From: a virus
Virus record (IMG/VR): IMGVR_UViG_3300028558_000024
Span: 13,098 to 77,097 of that record
Length of the DNA: 64,000 nt
Direction: 5' to 3' (one strand)
Made by a program: the position numbers and the translations under genes
Part shown: piece after piece, positions 9,997-19,952 of the stretch
Layout: the number at the start of each line of letters is the position of its first letter
Numbering within the stretch: the first letter of the stretch is position 1
Notes under the pieces: model-generated
Databases searched by the model: none
Told to the model about the DNA's origin: nothing
Seen by the model: only the letters and a program-made list of their open reading frames with translations

Positions 9997-10350
9997 CTCA
10001 TGCAATTAACCTTTGCATCAACTGCGCATCGCACCAACAATCAATACATGGACACAGAGCAACCCCTCAATCCATCAATAGATAGAACGACCGCAGCACC
10101 GAACAAGGACTGCGCCTGGTGTGCTGGTATGGGCGGATATAGGGCACAGCCCTGCATCTGCCAATGCCTCAATCCATGCTGCAATCCATTAAGTGATAGC
10201 GATGTGGACAGAGCAACAGCCCGAGAAGCCGCACTAGACGTGCTCTTCGGCGATAAGAAAGTTTAGGGGGCACCCCCTAAATGGAGGGACGAACCTCCGA
10301 GCGGCGTTACCCCCTCCCTCAAATTTTCCAATTTTTTTGGAGTATATACA

Positions 10351-10575
10351 TTGCATATACGTATTAACACTTTCCTGATCGCCTCAGTTTTCCTGCTTTC
10401 CTCGCTGTTTGTTGCCCCTCTACCGTCCGAAGCGAAAGGTCTTGGACGTAAATTACTCGGCGCCCCTTTTTGGGCTGTTGGTTTTGTCGCGACTCTTGTT
10501 GCTGATGTGACGTTGGTTCCTTTGAAGGACGGCGCGTTGCATTACGTTCGCAAGCCTGCGGTTCGGGGGTGGTAG
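10351..10575 (+). CDS. small membrane/exported protein
   Basis: signal-like N-terminus plus second hydrophobic segment; GGAG RBS. Confidence 0.5.
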   Translation: MHIRINTFLIASVFLLSSLFVAPLPSEAKGLGRKLLGAPFWAVGFVATLVADVTLVPLKDGALHYVRKPAVRGW

Positions 10576-11583
10576 TGATGGACGCCATTCTCAACGCCCT
10601 TCGCAATTCCGAATCACCTGCTGTTTTAGAGAAGATGGTTCTTTTCTTCTTTTACGACCAGGTGCTTGTAATGGATCGTCCTGCTGATAAGGCGATGGAA
10701 ATTGCAAAGAAAGAGACTGAGATATTTATGCAATCGCTTGAATTGCTCGATGCTGAGCCGCTGCCGGTTCCAACTGAGCATCATTGCGGTTTAGATCCTT
10801 GTCCAACTGCGGGGTGTTCTGAGTAATGGCTAACGAAATCTGTTTTACCGTTCCTGGCTGGCTTGTGATTTTGATTGCAACCGGATGCGCTTTGACTGTT
10901 CAGGCGTTGGTTATGACTTTACTTGTCCATTTTAGTGTCATCGACTGCATTATGGTGACTGGCAAGAAGCCGCGGGGCTGGGTTAAGACTTGGCTTTCGC
11001 ACAAAGCGAGAGGTGGCAGCGAATGATTCCCTCTTCCCGCACCCTTTTCGCCATAATCAATTTCCTCGAAGGTCAGTTGGACTTTTGGAACGGTTGTTAT
11101 GCTTTGGTTTCAATGCTTCTCGGCGCCGTAATTTTCGCCCCAATTTTCCTCCCGATCATTGTTTTGCATTGGCTTTGCTGCCGTCTTTTGGTTGAAGTTG
11201 AGAGGCGTTGCTGTGACTGATTCTTCTCAATATGGCTTTGCATGTTTTGACATGCGCACTGAATTGCAGAAACGCAAAGAATGGGCGGTGATGTTTTTGT
11301 CTGGCGAGAAAGAGTTTTGTAAGGAGAATTTGTCGGTCGGCGACATGAAACTCTACGAGGAACAAGCCCGGAACGTTTTGAAATTCACAGTCGCGGAAGA
11401 GACTTTGCGGACTATGTTGGATCGAGGCGTTGAACTTTCTTCGAATTTGGCCACTGTTTCAATTGCCATCGCCGATCAAATGGTTTCAATCTTTCCCGTG
11501 ACATCTCCGAAACCTTCGCCGAATATGGTCACAGTTGTTATGAATCCGCCTCAGCCTCCGACGCCACAAGTGGAGAAAACGCC

Positions 11584-11919
11584 ATGACATTTGATTCTTG
11601 TTTGAATATCCGGCCAGTTCCTGGCGAAACTTACTCGATGGTTTACGGGTTGTTGCCTTGCCCGTTTTGCGGCGATAACAATCAACTCCTAAAAACTCAA
11701 AACGACGGGAAGAACTGTTACTACTATTTGTCGTGCCGTTTGCATTCATGTTTATTGGGTCGAACTCGCGCGCACCGTTCAAAGGACAAGCTTTTTCGAA
11801 CTTGGAATAACAGAATTTCCAAGGCTACTCCAGCGGTTCAAACATACAAACCGGAACCGGCTTTTTCACCATTGCAATCGTTTGCTTTGTGGTTCCGTGA
11901 ATTTTTCTTAGGTAAATAA
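11584..11919 (+). CDS. Lar (restriction alleviation)-like Zn-finger protein
   Basis: LLPCPFCG...C...C...WNNR pattern. Confidence 0.6.
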   Translation: MTFDSCLNIRPVPGETYSMVYGLLPCPFCGDNNQLLKTQNDGKNCYYYLSCRLHSCLLGRTRAHRSKDKLFRTWNNRISKATPAVQTYKPEPAFSPLQSFALWFREFFLGK

Positions 11920-12257
11920 TGCTGCGCAATTATACTTTCAGGCGTTTTTCTTTAATAACCATTGCCGTAATTATACTTAGCTTTAATTACCGTTCCGGGG
12001 CAAATGCCGACGATTCTCCCAAACCCTGCTGCCCATCAATTCACGAAGAGTTCTCGATTTTTCGCGCTGAAACAACTGATCGGGTGGATGATTTGGAGCG
12101 GAAAAACCGGTTATTGACCGATCAGGTCGATACTTTGTGCTTGGATTTTGAACGACTCAAATCAAAACTTAGCCCAAAGCCGAAGCGCTACCACATCAAA
12201 GCAACCGATCATAATTGCGACAGAGTTGGTGGTAAGGCTGTGAAATCGACATATTAA
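11919..12257 (+). CDS. exported coiled-coil protein
   Basis: signal-like N-terminus (ANA), heptad region. Confidence 0.5.
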   Translation: MLRNYTFRRFSLITIAVIILSFNYRSGANADDSPKPCCPSIHEEFSIFRAETTDRVDDLERKNRLLTDQVDTLCLDFERLKSKLSPKPKRYHIKATDHNCDRVGGKAVKSTY

Positions 12258-12711
12258 CCCGATATGTCGAAGAATCCGGAGTAGATCGACATGTTATTAC
12301 TCGTTGACGATTTCTGGTTCGGTGTTTTATGTGGCTCAGGCGGCTTGTCCTTGTTTTTGTTGATTTGTTTAGCGTTAGTTTTTGATTTTGGAGTTTTAGA
12401 ATAATTATGCATATTCCCGAATTTTGGCAAGGTGTTCTATCCGTGATCGGCATTGAAGTTCTTTTAGTGGCAATCGGTTACGGCGTTTTGTGCTGGATGA
12501 TGCAGGGGTTAGCTGGCTAGTTTTATGAACAAAGGCACCCTCAAAAAACTCAACGAGATTTTGGAGCTTGCGGCGGACAATATCTTTTCCTTGCTAGATT
12601 CTGCGCAGTCTCTCAAGATTGAAATTGCAATTCCAGACGAAGAGACTGATAGGACGTTTTATAACTGCTATGAATTTTTCTCAGAACCCAATGAAATCAA
12701 GGCGGAAACCA

Positions 12712-13149
12712 ATGAAAAAGGTACTCACGCTGGCTCTGGTTGCTGCGGTTTCCATGAATGCATTTACAATGGCGCCGGCTGAAGCCTTTCCTTCCTTCAA
12801 AAAAGTCGCAAAAGGCATTTTTCGCGCAGTTGAATTGCCTTTGATGGTTGGACTTGGTGGCGTTCTCGGAATAACTGTCGGCGCAATTGCAGGCGGCGGC
12901 ATGGGCATAACTGCTGGTGCAATGGCCTGGTATGACGTCGGCGAGCAGGATAAACAGCTTGAGGCTGCCAAAGAAAACGCTGCGAAGATGTTGGAAGATC
13001 TCAAAAATCATGTTCCAACCCCAGAAGAGCAAAAGCGCAGCGACGAAATGGATGCGCTTATGAAAGAAGGCGAGAGATTGTTGAAGGAATTCGACACTCT
13101 CAACGCAAAACCCTCCGCTCTCCCCGATCCCGTAGAGGTAAAACCCTAA
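12712..13149 (+). CDS. signal-peptide, glycine-zipper membrane protein with coiled coil
   Basis: MKKVLTLALVAAV...APAEA; GxxxG repeats. Confidence 0.6.
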   Translation: MKKVLTLALVAAVSMNAFTMAPAEAFPSFKKVAKGIFRAVELPLMVGLGGVLGITVGAIAGGGMGITAGAMAWYDVGEQDKQLEAAKENAAKMLEDLKNHVPTPEEQKRSDEMDALMKEGERLLKEFDTLNAKPSALPDPVEVKP

Positions 13150-13533
13150 ATGACCGCATTTGATCAAGCTTTGTTTTTACTCTCGGCCCGCTGCAAAAAA
13201 ATCGAAGAAGATTTGGGGGTTTGCGTCTCTCAAGTTGTCTTAGAATGCGACAAAAAAGATGGCGCAGGGACTGTGCGCAAACTTTACAGCAAATTCGATG
13301 GCAATTTCGTTGATATGAGCCGTCACGAAGAATCCGTCGCCGAGACTCCAAACCCCGAACCTGGACCCGAAGTCGTTTTGCAAAACGATCAAATCTTCGC
13401 ACCTCCGGCTTTGCCCGATGAAGCTCCTGTCGAAAGAGTCGAGGTTTTACCGCCTATTGTTGAAGAAATTCCAGTCGAAGCTTTGCCGGCAGACGATGAA
13501 TCCCAATCCTCTCAGTCGAAGAAGAAAAAATGA
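13150..13533 (+). CDS. hypothetical acidic, Pro-rich protein
   Basis: operon packing. Confidence 0.55.
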   Translation: MTAFDQALFLLSARCKKIEEDLGVCVSQVVLECDKKDGAGTVRKLYSKFDGNFVDMSRHEESVAETPNPEPGPEVVLQNDQIFAPPALPDEAPVERVEVLPPIVEEIPVEALPADDESQSSQSKKKK

Positions 13534-14216
13534 CCTATTCCCTCGAAATCTCATTAGCTGCACTTTCAAAACTGCAGTCTATTGTTGAATGTCAAAAAGC
13601 TGATCAAGAGTTGTTGGCTCGAGTCTTGACGGATGCTGTCGAACATTTTGAACGGAATCGAAAAATTCCGGCGCGCAGGACTGATGTCAAACTCTTTACA
13701 CCGCCTCCAGTCGCCGGATTTCATCGTGTGCCGGTTTTAGAACCAATTGCCGACAAACCTGAGCCAATTTCTTCTGCGCCCGCGCAAGTGCCAGATGATG
13801 TCATTGTCGATGCCTGCAAAGCAATAACCGAAAAACTCGCCAAAGTTCATAAGCTTATGGATGAGCCCAAGAAGCCGGAAGAAGAAGAAGAAGAAGAAGC
13901 TTGCAAAATAAAGGATGCTGGTTTTAGAGAGTGGGAAATTAGCAAAACAGGAAAGGTTGTTGAAAAAGAAACTTCGATAAACCAAAAACCACGGAATGAC
14001 GGCTTAATGACCGGAGGGATGCTCAAACCATGCGTCAAATGCGACAAAGTCAAACCAAGCAGATGGATGGAAAGGGAAGCGAAAAAGCCCTATGCCTATT
14101 CCGGCTGGTGTTTGAATTGTTCATTCCAGCGCGATCAAATCGACGAACCGAAGAATAAAGACGGCACCCCGCGAAAGCAAATGTGTCCAGCGCCCAAACA
14201 AGGCGTTGAATTTTAG
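13530..14216 (+). CDS. hypothetical protein with C-terminal CxxC..CxxC
   Basis: ATGA overlap; Zn ribbon motif. Confidence 0.6.
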   Translation: MTYSLEISLAALSKLQSIVECQKADQELLARVLTDAVEHFERNRKIPARRTDVKLFTPPPVAGFHRVPVLEPIADKPEPISSAPAQVPDDVIVDACKAITEKLAKVHKLMDEPKKPEEEEEEEACKIKDAGFREWEISKTGKVVEKETSINQKPRNDGLMTGGMLKPCVKCDKVKPSRWMEREAKKPYAYSGWCLNCSFQRDQIDEPKNKDGTPRKQMCPAPKQGVEF

Positions 14217-14337
14217 AAAATGAGGCAATTTTCACCGTTTCCCGCTGAGAATCTTGTTTGTTGTACTTTCGTCGGCATTGTGCAAATATTTTAGAGACAG
14301 TCAGCGATAAGTCCTCCCTACCAAAACAGCCAACCTG

Positions 14338-14374
14338 AGCCGTTTTCATTACGAAGACGGCTTTTGTTGTTTTT
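14338..14374 (+). terminator. intrinsic terminator
   Basis: AGCCGTTTTC-ATTAC-GAAGACGGCT followed by T-rich tract. Confidence 0.7.
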
Positions 14375-14445
14375 CAAATTCCCCGCACGATTTCGAAATT
14401 TCACGTATCGTATTATTTGGTTACGGAATCTTTGGAGGGTCTTAA

Positions 14446-15159
14446 ATGCTTCGAAACTGCACGTCTTGCGGTCTTAGCCGAGATCCCCTGATTTGGTTCT
14501 CCGAAGAAAACCCTGATAATTGCCGAGAATGTCTTTTTAAAACCGATCGCTTTAGTGCAACGACAATCGCCTTTGTCGGCGCCATGATTGTTGCGGCTTC
14601 CACTTCGCGCCGGACGACTGAATATGACCCAACCTGGTTAAGTCGAACAGCCGTCCAAGTCAAAAAGGCTATTCGGAAAGTTGCCGAGACTGTTTCTCCA
14701 ATTGTCGCGGCTGAAAGTCGCCCCAAGGATGAACCGCCTGTTGGTGAGCAGAAATGGCTCTTAAGAAAACCCGAGAAGTGCGCCAATTGCAATCAAGGGA
14801 ATATGCTGTTTTCTGAGCACTCGACCGATCTAAATCTTGAATGCTGGAGTAATCTTTGCAAAGTATGTCTTTTGATCATGAACCGATATTTAGACAACTT
14901 GGCAAAACAGGCAGCCATGAAGGTTGACGATAAAAAGCGCGTCGAGGCGATTACTTTTAAAGCTATTGAAAAAACCCGCGTGGAAACCTATCAGATCCGC
15001 TGCATGTCTTGTAAAATCCCCCGCGATCCAACAAAAGTCGCTGTGGTCGGCGCGGTTTGCGAATTTTGCATAGACGAAACTCGGGCTTATGATTTTTGGG
15101 AAGTTCACGAAGCGCATATGAAGCACCAAAAGCACAACCCGACAATGAGGATGATGTGA
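14446..15159 (+). CDS. hypothetical protein with three Zn-ribbon-like CxxC pairs
   Basis: GGAGG RBS; six CxxC motifs. Confidence 0.6.
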   Translation: MLRNCTSCGLSRDPLIWFSEENPDNCRECLFKTDRFSATTIAFVGAMIVAASTSRRTTEYDPTWLSRTAVQVKKAIRKVAETVSPIVAAESRPKDEPPVGEQKWLLRKPEKCANCNQGNMLFSEHSTDLNLECWSNLCKVCLLIMNRYLDNLAKQAAMKVDDKKRVEAITFKAIEKTRVETYQIRCMSCKIPRDPTKVAVVGAVCEFCIDETRAYDFWEVHEAHMKHQKHNPTMRMM

Positions 15160-15422
15160 TGGTTGAAATGAGAATTTTCCACTGCCGCGATCATGCCTTT
15201 GGCGGACAAGTTTCGGAATTTGCCAATCATATTGAACAGCGCCCGCTTGCAATTAACGAATTTGGCGAATGCGGCACGAGATTTATTAATGGTGACATCG
15301 GCCGACTTTTAGATCACGATTGTCGCAAACCCGCTGTCGAAGAAATTTTGTTGAAGAAGGTCAGGATAGACGGGGATATGTACTCAGTAGATCCTGAAGA
15401 CTACATGTTGGAGAGGTAGATT

Positions 15423-16694
15423 TTGAAGAAAGAAGTATTGGGCGAACATCTAGCAATCAAGCCACGTTTAGTGAGTGAGCTTATTCCCTATGCCAGAAAC
15501 GCGAAAAATCACCCCGAGGAACAAATTTCCAAAATTGCTGCCAGTATAAAAGAATTTGGCTTCAATAATCCCGTTGCTGTCGATGGTGATAACGGCATAA
15601 TCGCCGGCCATGGCCGTGTTATGGCAGCGCAGAAACTTGGACTTAAAACTGTTCCGACCGTTGAACTGTCGCACTTATCCGAGACGCAAAAACGCGCATA
15701 TATCATCGCTGATAATAAGACCGCAGAATCAGACTGGCTGGGCGAAATGCTCTCTCTGGAAATGAAAGAACTCGCTCTTGAAGACGATTTTGACATGTCT
15801 CTTTTAGGATTCGACAAAGACGAATTAGGCGAATTCCTCAACTACAAAACCTCTGAATTGCCGGCAGGTGGATTGACTGATGAAGACGAAGAGCCGCCAC
15901 CGCCTGAAGATCCAGTTACAAAACTGGGGGATGTTTGGATTCTCGGAAATCACCGTCTAATGTGTGGTGATTCAACGCAAATCGATCAGGTTGAAGTTTT
16001 GCTCGACGGCGAAAAGGCTGACATCACCTTTACAGATCCGCCCTATGGCGTTGCATATACCGGAGGCGCCAAGAAGCGAGAAGCATTAGCCAACGATGAG
16101 CGGGGCACCGTTATTTATGACGAAGTGCTCCCAGTGATAGCTTTGGTAACGAAGAAGGGCGCACCACTTTACCTTTGGTATGCTGATGTGGTATTAGCAG
16201 CCGCAGCCGCAGCCGCAGCCGCAGCCGGTTACGAAATTAAGGCTCAAATTGCTTGGGTAAAAAATAATGCTCAATTCGTCACGTCGGCGCATTACAAGGG
16301 CAAGCACGAGCTTTGTATGTATGCTCACCAGAAAGGCGAGCGGGCTCCTTGGTATGGTCCGAACAATGAAGTCACCGTTTGGAATGTTGATCGCGCAAAC
16401 AAGAACGAATATCACCCGACGCAAAAGCCTGTTGCCCTTTCAGAAAAGGCATTAACCAATTCTTCGAAGACTGGCGATATTGTCTTAGATCTTTTTGGCG
16501 GATCTGGCTCAACAATGATCGGAGCTGAAAAGATTGGCCGTCATGCTCGCCTTATGGAATTGCAGCCAACCTATTGCGACGTCATCGTCAAACGATGGCA
16601 AGAATTCACCGGCAAACAAGCCACCCTCGAACTTGATGGATTGACGTTTAATCAGTACTCGAAAGAGAGAAAGTCTTTGTCTAAAAAGGCTTAA
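15423..16694 (+). CDS. ParB-N domain fused to N4/N6 DNA methyltransferase (beta class)
   Basis: IAGHGR (ParB-N); TDPPY; HPTQKP; DLFGGSGST; typical position upstream of terS. Confidence 0.93.
   Translation: MKKEVLGEHLAIKPRLVSELIPYARNAKNHPEEQISKIAASIKEFGFNNPVAVDGDNGIIAGHGRVMAAQKLGLKTVPTVELSHLSETQKRAYIIADNKTAESDWLGEMLSLEMKELALEDDFDMSLLGFDKDELGEFLNYKTSELPAGGLTDEDEEPPPPEDPVTKLGDVWILGNHRLMCGDSTQIDQVEVLLDGEKADITFTDPPYGVAYTGGAKKREALANDERGTVIYDEVLPVIALVTKKGAPLYLWYADVVLAAAAAAAAAAGYEIKAQIAWVKNNAQFVTSAHYKGKHELCMYAHQKGERAPWYGPNNEVTVWNVDRANKNEYHPTQKPVALSEKALTNSSKTGDIVLDLFGGSGSTMIGAEKIGRHARLMELQPTYCDVIVKRWQEFTGKQATLELDGLTFNQYSKERKSLSKKA
16197..16226 (+). repeat. (GCAGCC)5 in-frame microsatellite encoding Ala10
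   Basis: direct reading of sequence. Confidence 0.9.
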
Positions 16695-16897
16695 CCCTTA
16701 ATAATCTAGTTGCGGAGCCATGTTTGGACTTAGCGCCAGTCCGAGCGCAACTCCGCGCCAACTTCTAAATATCTGCCGAACTTAACGCAGATCCCTTGGC
16801 TCTAATTCGTCGGTGAGATCGCCGGATTGGGGATTCAAGGCGTTTGCTTTGTCAATTAACCTTTGCATCAAATTAAATTGTCGGCAAATTATGAGTT

Positions 16898-17473
16898 ATG
16901 CCGAAGAAGAAACTCCCTGCAAAAACATTGGAAGGCACGATTGCTCGAGAGTCGAAGAAATCGTCCGACGTCTTTAATCCAGAGACTCTAACCGCGATCC
17001 AAGTCCTTGCCGCGTGCTGTTTCACGGACAAGGAAATTGCTTTAGAGCTTGGAATGAGCGTTCAAAAGCTGGCCGAGAACAAGAAAAAATATCAAGCGTT
17101 TGCCGAAGCCGTTGAACTTGGTCGAATGAAGGCAAAGAAAAAATGGGGTAAAGCCTTACTTCGAAAAATCGATGAAGGCGATATGCAGGCGATCAAATTC
17201 TACGGAACTCACGTTTTGAAGATGTCGGCGCCAAGGGCGGACGAAGACGCCGGGAAAGGAAGCACGACAAATATTGTCGTTTTCTCCCCTGAAGACATGC
17301 AAAAAGACGCTTGGCAAAAAATGGTTGAAGAAGCGAAGAAGCGCGCAACTGAAGCAGAGCCACAGCCAGAAGAAGAAAAGCCGGAATGGATGCAAGGCGA
17401 CAACGTCATTGATCTGCCGGCAATAACTTTAAACCCAGCATCAAGGGAGATTCCGCAAAGTGGAACTTCCTAA
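16898..17473 (+). CDS. terS: terminase small subunit (putative)
   Basis: HTH-like TDKEIALELG; F.EA.E.GR..AK; overlaps terL start. Confidence 0.7.
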   Translation: MPKKKLPAKTLEGTIARESKKSSDVFNPETLTAIQVLAACCFTDKEIALELGMSVQKLAENKKKYQAFAEAVELGRMKAKKKWGKALLRKIDEGDMQAIKFYGTHVLKMSAPRADEDAGKGSTTNIVVFSPEDMQKDAWQKMVEEAKKRATEAEPQPEEEKPEWMQGDNVIDLPAITLNPASREIPQSGTS

Positions 17474-19952
17474 GATCGATTCATCAAATGTGGCGCCATT
17501 TGAAGTAAAGCCGCAGCCAGGCCCGCAACTGTTTTTAGTTACCTGTCCCTACCAGGACATCTTTTTTGGCGGCCAGCGTGGTGGCGGGAAAGCTCAAACG
17601 CTTGACTCTGTGGTGCATACGCCGTTTGGACCGAAACGAATGGGCGACATAAAGTTGGGCGATCAGGTCTGCAATCCCGAGGGTGGAATCGCCAATGTAA
17701 TCGCAATTCATCCTCAACCAAAGCAGCAAATCTACAAAGTAACTATGGCTGACGGTGCGACGACTCGCGTCACCGGTGGGCACATTTGGCTTTCGCGGAT
17801 TGTCGGGCAGAAACTCAAAGCGAAAAGGCGATGGATGCACGTTTCTCGTTATTTGTATGAGGGAAGAGATTATCTCAACTGGAAGCTCTTCACGACGCTT
17901 CAACTTAAGGAATGGATCGCCAAAGGACCAGCGAGCCACAACAGCAGACTGCCAGTCTTGCCTTTGCCACAACCGTTGACCTATACCGTGAGTGGACGGA
18001 ACCCCGCCAAAATTGATCCTTACATTCTTGGTTTGATCATTGGAGATGGGCATTGCGGTGACACCGGTATTGGCATCACTTCTGCCGATAAAGAGATTGG
18101 AGACATGCTACTCCAACTGGGCTTTGTTGAAAACCGGAAGCCCGGAAATGCAGCATCAACCTATTTAGCTCGAGGGGAAATATTTCAAACCTTAAGAACA
18201 GCCCTTCAGCAGCTCGATCTGTACGGCTGTAAATCCAATAGCAAATTCATCCCCCGCCAGTTTCTCTACGGTTCAATTGAAAACAGGTGGGAGTTACTTC
18301 GTGGGTTGATGGATTCGGACGGTTCGGCAACTCCAGAGGGCAAGTTGAATTACTCGTCGGTGAGCAAACGCTTAGCCGACGAAGTCCGCACTTTGATTGA
18401 AGGACTCGGTGGCTGGGCGACCATATGGGAGAAGCCAGGAAAATATAGAAACGAAGAAGGCGAAATAGTTGAATGCCAGATTTCTTACAACCTTTACATT
18501 AAGCTTCAAGACCACAGTCAAGCATTTCGGCTTAAACGAAAGAAGGAGAGAGCGGCCAAGTATTCATTCAATGGTGGCGCTGATCAATGGCGCAAAATTG
18601 TCTCCATTGAAGAAGACGGCTTTGAAGAAGCTCAGTGCATAACAGTCGATCATCCGAACGGGCTTTACCTCACAGATAATTGCATTGTCACCCACAACAG
18701 TTTCGCAGTTCTTCTCGACTTTATTTATCATGCTGCAAAATACGGCGAACACGCTGTCGGCTTGATTGTTCGTGAATCGTATAAAGAGCTTCAGGATTTC
18801 AATGAAAAGAAAGCCATGCCAATTCTGTTTCGGCTTGGCTGGGATTGGAACGTTGGACGACAGACATGGTATGCGCCCAACGGGGCCACTCTTCGCATGG
18901 GGCACATGGCGACTCAAAAGGACGCAAATAAGCTCCTTGGCGCCGAGCTAACCTGGTTTGCTGTTGAAGAAATTGGTAATTTTCCAAACGACAACATCGA
19001 CAAGCCGGAGCCCGGATCTAACGTCGGACTCGACATGATTCGCGGATCGATGAGATCGGCTCACGGTGTACCTGTTCGCTTCCTTTGTACTGGAAATCCA
19101 GGCGGAATTGGGCATCGCTGGATCAAAGCGCGGTACGTTGATCCGGCTCCGCCGATGACACCTTTTAAAGACGAAGAAACAGGTCAGTGGCGCGTTTTCA
19201 TACCTTCTTCAACAAAAGATAATCCGATTTTGATGGAAAGCGATCCCGAGTACGTGGATCGTTTGCGTGCCGTCGGATCGAAAGCCCTGCAAAAGGCATG
19301 GATCGAAGGCGACTGGGAAATTTCACTCAAAGGCGAGATTTTTGAACGCCCCTGGTTCGGCTGGTACGACTGGAATCCGGAAGACGCGATTATGCCTCGC
19401 ATTGGCATTGGCTCCAAGTGTCCGCCGATTCATGGCCGATTTTCATCATGGGATACGGGCTGCAAAGTCGAAGAGGTTCATTCTAAGACAGCCGGACTTA
19501 CCTGGGCGACTTCCGTCAATGAAATTTTCATTCTCGATATGTTTAACAAGCGAGTTCAATTTCCTGTACTCGTCGATACAGTCAAGATGTCTTCTCGAAA
19601 ATGGAGACCAGAAGCAATTTGGGTCGAGGAAAGATCTTCCGGCATTCAATTGGTTCAAACATTGCGCACTGGAACACAACTCCCAATCAAGCCAGTTCAG
19701 GTCACCCGTGACAAAGAGAGCCGAGCTCATGCCGTCAGCGCCGGATTGACGACAGGAAAAGTACTTTTGCCCTCCAAGTGTCCATGGGCTTACGATTTGT
19801 TGGAAGAGCTTTGCGCATATCCACAAAAAGGCGAAAGCGATTTAGTCGACGCTTTCACTTTGGGAATGTCTCAGATTTCTTATTCCGAAGAAAGAATCAA
19901 GAAATTCAGGAATAGCGCAGGATACCGAAACCGCTCAATTTACGGAAGATAG
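17460..19952 (+). CDS. terL: terminase large subunit containing an intein
   Basis: GGQRGGGK/S Walker A split by intein; VEE Walker B; TGNPGG; SWD nuclease motif; DLVDA. Confidence 0.93.
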   Translation: MELPKIDSSNVAPFEVKPQPGPQLFLVTCPYQDIFFGGQRGGGKAQTLDSVVHTPFGPKRMGDIKLGDQVCNPEGGIANVIAIHPQPKQQIYKVTMADGATTRVTGGHIWLSRIVGQKLKAKRRWMHVSRYLYEGRDYLNWKLFTTLQLKEWIAKGPASHNSRLPVLPLPQPLTYTVSGRNPAKIDPYILGLIIGDGHCGDTGIGITSADKEIGDMLLQLGFVENRKPGNAASTYLARGEIFQTLRTALQQLDLYGCKSNSKFIPRQFLYGSIENRWELLRGLMDSDGSATPEGKLNYSSVSKRLADEVRTLIEGLGGWATIWEKPGKYRNEEGEIVECQISYNLYIKLQDHSQAFRLKRKKERAAKYSFNGGADQWRKIVSIEEDGFEEAQCITVDHPNGLYLTDNCIVTHNSFAVLLDFIYHAAKYGEHAVGLIVRESYKELQDFNEKKAMPILFRLGWDWNVGRQTWYAPNGATLRMGHMATQKDANKLLGAELTWFAVEEIGNFPNDNIDKPEPGSNVGLDMIRGSMRSAHGVPVRFLCTGNPGGIGHRWIKARYVDPAPPMTPFKDEETGQWRVFIPSSTKDNPILMESDPEYVDRLRAVGSKALQKAWIEGDWEISLKGEIFERPWFGWYDWNPEDAIMPRIGIGSKCPPIHGRFSSWDTGCKVEEVHSKTAGLTWATSVNEIFILDMFNKRVQFPVLVDTVKMSSRKWRPEAIWVEERSSGIQLVQTLRTGTQLPIKPVQVTRDKESRAHAVSAGLTTGKVLLPSKCPWAYDLLEELCAYPQKGESDLVDAFTLGMSQISYSEERIKKFRNSAGYRNRSIYGR
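17592..18698 (+). mobile_element. class 3 intein with LAGLIDADG homing endonuclease (369 aa)
   Basis: starts Ala (AQTLDS), ends VTHN/S; TGGHIW, AQCITV, VTHN give the WCT triad; LGLIIGDG and LRGLMDSDG motifs. Confidence 0.9.

Noticed and set aside
13878-13897. (GAA)n run as a contingency locus
   Set aside because: Short in-frame poly-Glu in a low-complexity linker; unremarkable.
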